Shown: one piece after another, positions 57,303 through 64,000 of the stretch
Layout of the letters: every line of letters begins with the position of its first letter
Numbering within the stretch: the stretch's first letter is position 1
Origin: an uncultured Spirochaetota bacterium
GTDB taxonomy: Bacteria > Spirochaetota > Spirochaetia > JAFGXN01
DNA length: 64,000 bases
NCBI GenBank assembly: GCA_944390005.1
Contig: CALXOJ010000001.1
Coordinates: forward strand, 28,017-92,016
Direction of reading: 5' to 3'
Program-made: the position numbers and the translations under genes
The notes under the pieces: generated by a model
What the model was told of the DNA's origin: nothing
The model's input: only the letters and a program-made list of their open reading frames with translations
Databases searched by the model: none

Positions 57303-58352
57303 ATGAAAAGAGAGAGAAAATATTTTTATAAAAAACGCAATAATGCAATTCATTTTCAATTTGATAAGGCATCCCGGTTTTACAATCGGTTAAAAGGGCT
57401 CGTTACAAAGCGGCGTTTGGGGGTTGCCTGCGGTTCAATTACTGCTGTTTTTCTTTTTTCGGCGTTTGCGGTCTTTCCGTTTTCCACGGAACGGTTGGTT
57501 GATATAGATTCGCATGAAGAAGAGTTTTCTTTGCAATTTATTGCCGAATACTATCAAATGGATTATTCCGGCGTCGGAAGCGGCGGCGATATGGAACAGG
57601 AAATTGAAATGTTCAAAGAATTCGCCTACACGACGTACACGATTCAGCCCGGAGATACACTGGAAGGAATTGGCCGCGACAACAAAGTTTCGTTGGATAC
57701 ATTGATCAGTTACAATAATATCAAAGACTGCCGCCGCCTGATTCCGGGAACCGATTTGCGCATTCCCAATTTAGACGGGGTTTTGCATAAAATCAAAAAA
57801 GGCGATACGTTGGAGTCGATTGCCAAGCAGTACGATGTTAACATAAACAACATTATTGACAGCAATAATTTGGAATCGGAAGTTTTGGCTGTCGGCAATC
57901 AAATTTTTGTCCCGGGCGGAAAGTTAAGCGAATACGAATTAAAAAAAGCTATCGGCAATCTGGTGATTTGGCCGTGCACCGGACGGCTGACATCTTATTT
58001 TGGCTACCGAGCCGATCCTTTCACCGGAAAACGGTCGTTTCACACCGGAATCGATATTGCTAATTATCGAGGAGCTCCGATTCGGGCCGCCATGAGCGGA
58101 AAAGTCGTTCTCAACGATTACCGTCCGCGCGGATACGGTCGGTATGTCGTCATTCAGCATTCGAACGGATTGAAAACGCTCTACGGTCACCTGAACAAAT
58201 CGTTTGTCCGTTCGGGACAATGGGTGGAACAGGGACAGTTGATCGGCGAAATGGGCACGACGGGATACAGTACAGGCAATCACCTCCATTTTACGATTTA
58301 CGAACACGGCCGCCTGGTCAACCCTTTCAATTACTTGTCGGGTAACAGATGA
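57303..58352 (+). CDS. LysM-domain M23 family metallopeptidase
   Basis: TM helix; two LysM repeats (YTIQPGDTL, HKIKKGDTLESIA); HTGID, YGHL and HLH zinc motifs. Confidence 0.95.
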   Translation: MKRERKYFYKKRNNAIHFQFDKASRFYNRLKGLVTKRRLGVACGSITAVFLFSAFAVFPFSTERLVDIDSHEEEFSLQFIAEYYQMDYSGVGSGGDMEQEIEMFKEFAYTTYTIQPGDTLEGIGRDNKVSLDTLISYNNIKDCRRLIPGTDLRIPNLDGVLHKIKKGDTLESIAKQYDVNINNIIDSNNLESEVLAVGNQIFVPGGKLSEYELKKAIGNLVIWPCTGRLTSYFGYRADPFTGKRSFHTGIDIANYRGAPIRAAMSGKVVLNDYRPRGYGRYVVIQHSNGLKTLYGHLNKSFVRSGQWVEQGQLIGEMGTTGYSTGNHLHFTIYEHGRLVNPFNYLSGNR

Positions 58353-59764
58353 AAAAAAAAGCAGCCGTTGCGTTTGTATCAGCAGAAGCGGCTCCGTTTT
58401 CTCAAACGGGAGGATTGGGCGATGTCGTTCCCGCATTGGCGGAAGCTTTTGTCAACGAAGGAGTTTCCGTCACGGTTTTTCTGCCGTTTTATCGAAAAAA
58501 TGCCGGATTAAAAACCGCCCGTTTACCGATTTCGTTTTGTGTTGATGAATCAATCACATCCGAAAAAACACTTTTTTCTGCACTTAACCGCAACGGGGTT
58601 GAATACATTTTTGTCAAAAGTCCGGGAATTTTTACCGACGGCGAATACGGTGACTGTAACGGAGCTTATGCAGACAACTGCTGCCGTTTTTCCCTTTTCT
58701 GCCGCTCAGTTGCCGGTTACTTAATCGAATGCGGCCGTTCGTTTGACATTATTCACTGCCACGATTGGCAAACCGGTTTGCTGCCTGCATTGCTGAAACG
58801 GCATCGTTTTTCCGCTAAAACTGTCTTTACAATACACAATTTGGCGTATCAGGGAGAGTTTGACGATAATTTTATCGCTTATACGGGTTTACGGAAAGAT
58901 GATTTTGCGGTTGAAAATCATTGCAGCGTCAATTTCATGCGCGCGGCATTAAAAGCAGCCGATAAGATCACAACAGTCTCTCCGACATACGCAAGAGAAA
59001 TTCTTGAATCGGGAAACGGCTGCGGAATGGAGGATTTGCTTCGTTCGCGCGGAGATTGTTTTTGCGGCATTCTGAATGGAATCGACGTCAGCGAGTGGAA
59101 TCCGGAGAGCGACAGTTTCATTCCGTATTCATATTCGCTTTCCGATTTTTCGGGAAAGAGTCAAAACAAAGCTTTTTTTATGGAGGAAAACGGATTAAAA
59201 AATCCACAGCGGCCTTTGTTTGTGATGATTTCCCGATTGGCGCGACAAAAGGGAATTGAAGCGTTGTACGGAGAAAACGGCGCTGTCGAACGGCTACTGA
59301 CTCAATTCGATCTCAATTTAGCGGTCATCGGTACCGGCGATCCGGAGACGGAGCAGAAAATTAAAGACCTCTCCGAACGGTATGAAAACTTTTCCGGGAC
59401 GGTCGCGTTCTCTTCAAGGCTCTCTCATTTAGCCGAAGCCGCCGGCGACTTTTTTTTGATGCCGTCATTGTATGAGCCATGCGGATTGAATCAGCTTTAT
59501 TCACTGCGATATGGAACCATTCCTTTGGTAACGGCGACCGGCGGGTTAGCTGATACGGTTTGCACCGATACCGATCTCTCGGTTCGAACCGGCATCCGCA
59601 TTCCCGGAAATTCGGCGGATGATATCGTTGCCGCTGTTGCGGATGCACTTCGGCTTTATGCTGACGGACCGGCGGCGGTTGACGCTGTTCGTCGGAACGG
59701 TATGAGCCGCGATTTTTCATGGCGTGCGTCATGCATTGAATATTTAAACTTCTATAACAGTTGA
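58349..59764 (+). CDS. glgA: Glycogen synthase (GT5)
   Basis: E.APF.(Q)TGGLGDV, HDWQ, TIHNLAYQG, SRL..QKG, PS.YEPCGLNQL, TGGLADT; ATGA overlap with the M23 gene. Confidence 0.93.
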   Translation: MKKKAAVAFVSAEAAPFSQTGGLGDVVPALAEAFVNEGVSVTVFLPFYRKNAGLKTARLPISFCVDESITSEKTLFSALNRNGVEYIFVKSPGIFTDGEYGDCNGAYADNCCRFSLFCRSVAGYLIECGRSFDIIHCHDWQTGLLPALLKRHRFSAKTVFTIHNLAYQGEFDDNFIAYTGLRKDDFAVENHCSVNFMRAALKAADKITTVSPTYAREILESGNGCGMEDLLRSRGDCFCGILNGIDVSEWNPESDSFIPYSYSLSDFSGKSQNKAFFMEENGLKNPQRPLFVMISRLARQKGIEALYGENGAVERLLTQFDLNLAVIGTGDPETEQKIKDLSERYENFSGTVAFSSRLSHLAEAAGDFFLMPSLYEPCGLNQLYSLRYGTIPLVTATGGLADTVCTDTDLSVRTGIRIPGNSADDIVAAVADALRLYADGPAAVDAVRRNGMSRDFSWRASCIEYLNFYNS

Positions 59765-60020
59765 TTTTTCAAAAGATGATCTTTTTGTGCTTCTCTGGCT
59801 TCCTATTTGCGCAATGAAAGGGCGTAAATCATAATTTCTTTTGTAAATAACAACACTTTTTGATACAGATTTCGACTGTTTTTCCGTGAATGGATTTGAA
59901 AAGAGTCTGCCGTTAGAAAATATTCACGTTGATTTTGATTTGAGAAGGTCGCGTTGATAAAGATTTTTTGAGATTTATGCGGCAGCTGCGGAAATCATCT
60001 CGATTTAAAGAAAAAAATTG

Positions 60021-60048
60021 TTGCATTTTCAGTCTCGCGGATTAAAAT
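60021..60048 (+). promoter_or_regulatory. Possible sigma70 promoter for glgC
   Basis: TTGCAT-N16-TAAAAT; GAGAGG RBS. Confidence 0.45.
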
Positions 60049-60066
60049 AAAGGTGAGAGGTAAACG

Positions 60067-61353
60067 ATGGACAGTAATCATGTGATCGCAATTGTTTTAG
60101 GCGGCGGCAAAGGGACTCGGCTTTATCCGTTGACGAAGGTCAGATCAAAACCGGCTGTTCCGTTCGGAGGCAAATATCGGCTGGTCGATATTCCGATTTC
60201 TAACTGTATCAATGCGGGGTTTAAACAAATTTTCATTTTGACTCAGTTCAACTCTGTGTCTTTGCATCAGCATTTATCCAATACTTATATTTTCGATGTT
60301 TTCAGCAATGGATTTGTCGAAATTTTGGCGGCCGAGCAGAATTTCAATAATAACAGCGGTTGGTACGAAGGAACAGCTGATGCAGTCCGCAAGAATTTTT
60401 CTCATTTGCACGACCGCAAACCGTCGCACTACATCATTCTTTCCGGAGATCAGCTTTACAGCATGGATTTGCGGGATATGTTTAACAAGCACGTTGAAAG
60501 CAAGGCTAAAATTACTATTGCTTGTCATCCCGTCAGTCGGACGGAAGCGGCAGAGTTGGGAATTCTCTCCACCGATGACAAGGGACGTATTCAGAAATTT
60601 TTAGAAAAACCGGGATTGGAAGCTAATATTGATGAATATCGAATTCCTGAGAAGATGCGCAGCCGGCTGCCGAAATTGGCAGACAAAGAGTATCTCGGAT
60701 CCATGGGAATGTACATCTTTGATGCAGAGACGCTGGATCAGGCGCTGGATAACGAGTTCACCGATTTCGGAAAAGAGATCATTCCTTATATGATTCAGAA
60801 AAGTAAAGTCAATTCATATGTTTATGAAGGATATTGGGAAGACATTGGAACTATCCGGTCGTTTTATGACGCAAACATTAATTTGGCGACTGTCAACCCC
60901 GAATTCAACTTTTACGATGAAAAACTTCCGATTTACACTCACCGTCGTCATTTGCCGGCGACAAAAATCAATTTTTGTACCATTTCGCAGTCATTGGCGG
61001 CTGAAGGCAGTATTATTACAAACGCCAATATCATGAACAGTGTTATTGGAATTCGAAGTGTCATTGAATCCGGAACAACATTAAGCGGGGTTATTACTCT
61101 TGGCGCCAAATATTACGAAACAGAGCCGGAGAAACAGCGAAACCGAGAAAAAGGAATTCCGAATATTGGAATCGGACGCAACTGCTCCATTAAAAACACA
61201 ATTATTGATCAGAATGCCCGTATCGGTGAAAATTGCAGTATCGGTTATCAGGATATTCCGAGAGCTGACGGCGATTACGGCTCTTACTGTATTAAAGACG
61301 GAATCATTGTAATTGTCAAAGAAGCGATCATTCCCAACGGAACGGTTATTTGA
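60067..61353 (+). CDS. glgC: Glucose-1-phosphate adenylyltransferase
   Basis: LGGGKGTRLYPLT..RSKPAVP, TQFNS.SL, GTADAVR, LSGDQLY, EKP, DFGKE, YWEDIGT. Confidence 0.97.
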   Translation: MDSNHVIAIVLGGGKGTRLYPLTKVRSKPAVPFGGKYRLVDIPISNCINAGFKQIFILTQFNSVSLHQHLSNTYIFDVFSNGFVEILAAEQNFNNNSGWYEGTADAVRKNFSHLHDRKPSHYIILSGDQLYSMDLRDMFNKHVESKAKITIACHPVSRTEAAELGILSTDDKGRIQKFLEKPGLEANIDEYRIPEKMRSRLPKLADKEYLGSMGMYIFDAETLDQALDNEFTDFGKEIIPYMIQKSKVNSYVYEGYWEDIGTIRSFYDANINLATVNPEFNFYDEKLPIYTHRRHLPATKINFCTISQSLAAEGSIITNANIMNSVIGIRSVIESGTTLSGVITLGAKYYETEPEKQRNREKGIPNIGIGRNCSIKNTIIDQNARIGENCSIGYQDIPRADGDYGSYCIKDGIIVIVKEAIIPNGTVI

Positions 61354-61366
61354 TCAGCCGTTACAC

Positions 61367-61396
61367 AAAACGCCGTCCGAAAGGGCGGCGTTTCTT
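61367..61396. terminator. Probably bidirectional intrinsic terminator
   Basis: AAACGCCGTCC-GAAA-GGGCGGCGTTT between convergent genes. Confidence 0.88.
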
Positions 61397-61409
61397 ATTG
61401 CAAATTGTT

Positions 61410-61883
61410 TCAGAAGAAAAGAATTTGCGGAACAAAAAGGTGAACAATGGCGATGGCAATCAGAATTAAGCCGATGATGCCGCGATAGGCGAGGGCATAA
61501 TTTTCGATTTTTTTGAATTTATTTTGTTCGTCTTCCTCGTCTTCGCTTTTTGATTCAATTTCAATTGATTCGGCAATTTCCAAACCGTTTTTGTTGCGGA
61601 AATAAAAGAGAATCAGTAAAACGCCTCCGATTAAACCGCCGACGGCAGGAAAAAAATCTCCGACAACGGGAATGCTGTGTCCGTCGTCGCTGACGGTGAT
61701 GGCCAATTTAAACGCGCCGATGAGAAAAACCGTAATTCCCAAGATCAAAGGAAACAGAGGATAACTTTTTGTCAATTTCGAAAAGTCAAAGAAAAAATTG
61801 ATCTTTTTGCCTAAAAGTTCGCAGGAAAGAACCAAACCGGCGGCTGCCAACGACGCTACCGATAAAAAGTAAAAGATATACAT
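61410..61883 (-). CDS. Hypothetical membrane protein (about 4 TM helices)
   Basis: AGGAGG RBS before ATG 61883; hydrophobic segments; GDFFP. Confidence 0.8.
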   Translation of the reverse strand: MYIFYFLSVASLAAAGLVLSCELLGKKINFFFDFSKLTKSYPLFPLILGITVFLIGAFKLAITVSDDGHSIPVVGDFFPAVGGLIGGVLLILFYFRNKNGLEIAESIEIESKSEDEEDEQNKFKKIENYALAYRGIIGLILIAIAIVHLFVPQILFF

Positions 61884-61909
61884 AATCGCCTCCTTTTTTA
61901 ATGTAACAC

Positions 61910-61936
61910 AAAAAAAGAGCGCTGACAAGCTCTTTT
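61910..61936 (-). terminator. Terminator-like hairpin overlapping a promoter
   Basis: AAAAGAGC-ttgtcagc-GCTCTTTT followed by more Ts. Confidence 0.5.
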
Positions 61937-61953
61937 CTTCGTTTTGCCTCCGC

Positions 61954-62460
61954 TTACTTTCTGACGGTGATGATCAGCTCTGTTGATTCGTCTTTATTGG
62001 AAACGGTTAGGGAAATTTTTGAGGTTTCGGATTTCGGGAAGGGCAGCAGCGTCCATTGAAAGCCTTTTTCCGTTGGAACGGCGGAGAGGTTGTCGATTGA
62101 GGCGGTCCACTCGATTCCTTCATAAAAAAGCGTTACGGAAAAAGGCGGGACGGTTTTCGGTTTTTCGGCGGCAACCGGTTCTGCTGTCAGAATGACGCGG
62201 ACGAATCCGTTTTCGGCAACGTCGGCCGAAGCAGTGAATTTAAAATCTCCGACGCGGTTGGGCGAAATCAAATATGGGCGAAAAAGAAAAATCAGCATGC
62301 CGAAGAAAGCGATCATTGCCAAATCGAGCAGCAGAATTTTGTTTCCCCGTGAAAGCCGTTCCTTTTTGCGTTCCGGAAATTTTTCGGCGCGATAACGGCG
62401 GTAATCGGCGCGCAAAGGTGAAGGTTGGGAATTTTCGGAGGGATCAAAGGTTTCTTTCAT
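61954..62460 (-). CDS. Hypothetical single-pass membrane protein
   Basis: ATGA overlap with nnr; basic N-terminus, one TM helix, beta-rich C-terminal domain. Confidence 0.72.
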   Translation of the reverse strand: MKETFDPSENSQPSPLRADYRRYRAEKFPERKKERLSRGNKILLLDLAMIAFFGMLIFLFRPYLISPNRVGDFKFTASADVAENGFVRVILTAEPVAAEKPKTVPPFSVTLFYEGIEWTASIDNLSAVPTEKGFQWTLLPFPKSETSKISLTVSNKDESTELIITVRK

Positions 62461-63893
62461 AGCGGGCGTTCTCCTTGCGCAGTGACAAATGCGGCGGCGG
62501 CTTCAATCAAATCAGCGGCGGTAAACGGACCGCCGGCAGCTGCTTTTTTCCCGGCTTTGTTGTGAATGGCAACGGCTTCGACAGCCGCCGAATAGGGATC
62601 CTGTCGGCGCAGCAATGCGGCCGCTGTAATACCAGTCAGTACGTCGCCGCTGCCGGCTGTTCCCAATTCGGGAACCGGCGAATCGAAAACAGTTAAATCT
62701 CCCCGCGGCGAAGCGATGGCAGTGAAGGAAGATTTGTAGACAATAACCGCGTTTTTTTCGGCGGAGAATCTGAGTAAATCGTCGTAAAATCGGGCAGAAC
62801 CGGGGCAAAGACGTCTCCATTCTCCCGGATGTGGCGTCAGAATGGCTCCGTCGGCGAAACGGGCGTCAGGAAAATATTCGGCTGCCAGATTCAGTCCGTC
62901 GGCGTCGAGGACGCGCGGCATAGGAGTTTCGATAAATGTTTTTAAAATCGGAAGTCGTTTTTCTGAACAGCCCCATCCGCAGCCGCATGCCCAAACCGAA
63001 AACGTTTGCGGGGAGGGTAAAGCCGTATCGTCAGCAAGAATCACCGACGGTTCTTCGGAAAGGACAGAGCGTGCCGTTTCGGAATCCGTAAAAAGCGAGA
63101 CGAGCCCGGCGCCGGTTTTAAAAGCGGCACGGGCGGCCAGAACCGCTGCTCCCGGATAGGCGGAGCAGCCGGCGTGCAAAGCGATGTGCCCCTTCGAATT
63201 TTTGAAATCAAACAAAGAAAACGGATGCGGCGACGGCATTGCTCCGAGCGCGGCGGCCGGCGGCGGGAAAGCGTTCGCCGGAAACGCGGCAGAGACTGTT
63301 TCGATAAAACCGCAGGCGTTTCGGTTGGCGGGTGTGTAAAAATCGGTTTTGCGCCGTTCAACGGTGAGTGTGAAGTCAGCTGTCAGGATCGGATCTGACG
63401 GCTGACGTTCGTCAAAAATACCGGAGGGCGCATCAACGGCGATGACGAACGGTGAAGCTTGTCGGATGCGTTCAAACAGCGGCTGCCACGTTTCGGCAAG
63501 CGGATGATTCAATCCGATACCGAAGAGAGCGTCGACGACGGCGGTTTGAGAGGAGGGTTCAAAATCGGAGAGGGTTTCGACGTACAATCCCTGCCGTTCG
63601 CAGCGGCGGCGATTCAATGCCGTTAGAGGCTTCGCTTCTCCCTCTGCAGCAAATAATCGTACATCCAATCCTTTGGAAAGCAATGCCCGTGCGATGACAA
63701 AACCGTCTCCGCCGTTGTGTCCGCGGCCGCATAAAACGGCAACAGAGGAGAGCGAACGGTCTTTACACAGTGTTTCGATTCGCTGTGCCATCGCGAAACC
63801 GGCGTGTTCCATCAGGATTTCGGGTGATAATTCGTATTCGGAGAAGATCTTCTCCTCAATTTGAAACATTTGTTTAAAAGTGTAAAGCCCCAT
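62457..63893 (-). CDS. nnr: Bifunctional NAD(P)H-hydrate epimerase/dehydratase
   Basis: LMEHAG, G.GHNGGDG, DALFGIG, VDAPSG; YPGAA.LA, LDADGL, LTPHPGE, GTAGSGDVL.G. Confidence 0.95.
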   Translation of the reverse strand: MGLYTFKQMFQIEEKIFSEYELSPEILMEHAGFAMAQRIETLCKDRSLSSVAVLCGRGHNGGDGFVIARALLSKGLDVRLFAAEGEAKPLTALNRRRCERQGLYVETLSDFEPSSQTAVVDALFGIGLNHPLAETWQPLFERIRQASPFVIAVDAPSGIFDERQPSDPILTADFTLTVERRKTDFYTPANRNACGFIETVSAAFPANAFPPPAAALGAMPSPHPFSLFDFKNSKGHIALHAGCSAYPGAAVLAARAAFKTGAGLVSLFTDSETARSVLSEEPSVILADDTALPSPQTFSVWACGCGWGCSEKRLPILKTFIETPMPRVLDADGLNLAAEYFPDARFADGAILTPHPGEWRRLCPGSARFYDDLLRFSAEKNAVIVYKSSFTAIASPRGDLTVFDSPVPELGTAGSGDVLTGITAAALLRRQDPYSAAVEAVAIHNKAGKKAAAGGPFTAADLIEAAAAFVTAQGERPL

Positions 63894-63900
63894 CGTTTCG

Positions 63901-63909
63901 ATTATATCA
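63901..63909 (-). promoter_or_regulatory. Extended -10 promoter for a probably leaderless nnr mRNA
   Basis: Minus strand TGATATAAT-cgaaacg-ATG with no SD. Confidence 0.55.
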
Positions 63910-63936
63910 CGTGAACGGAAATCGGGGAAGCGGTTT

Positions 63937-63999
63937 TTATAAATCGGTTCGCCACCAGTAAATTTCAGCCTTCTCTTCGGTAAAGACGATGCCGACCGT
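63937..63999 (-). CDS. 3' end of a partial gene of unknown function
   Basis: Open frame from the window edge: TVGIVFTEEKAEIYWWRTDL*. Confidence 0.35.
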   Translation of the reverse strand, partial: TVGIVFTEEKAEIYWWRTDL

Positions 64000-64000
64000 A

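Noticed and set aside
58352-58360. A9 tract at the glgA start as a phase-variation switch
   Set aside because: It encodes in-frame KKK, and similar A/T runs are common throughout the window.
1-64000. CRISPR arrays, tRNA/rRNA genes, IS elements, riboswitches
   Set aside because: The window is almost entirely protein-coding. By eye I found no spaced repeats, cloverleaf, transposase or known riboswitch consensus.

Overview
Core-genome region of a spirochete (Spirochaetales-like, inferred from gene order and the flbB collar gene). From left to right it holds: (1) a cheW, DegT-like, NAD kinase, recN, hypothetical operon; (2) a divergent GH57 alpha-glucan cluster (DUF3536-GH57 on one side, DUF4912 and a branching-enzyme-like GH57 on the other); (3) about 43.5 kb of 47 co-directional genes joining the dcw cluster (mraZ to ftsZ), xerD-TPR-dprA-topA-xerC-hslVU and a large flagellar basal-body/hook/motor/export cluster (flgB to flhG, fliA, fapA, two hypotheticals); (4) lepB-ftsI-maf on the minus strand, a LysM/M23 peptidase with glgA, then glgC, two membrane hypotheticals and nnr. 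I saw no rRNA, tRNA, CRISPR array or mobile element. I found no clearly new system. The best leads are a possible flagellar pole-placement module around flhFG-fliA (a FliF-C-terminus mimic, FapA and a FipA-like protein), a sigma28/sigma70 face-to-face promoter region between a peptidoglycan hydrolase and ftsI, and several active-site substitutions in the glycogen enzymes. All family calls come from motif recognition by eye; no database searches were run.
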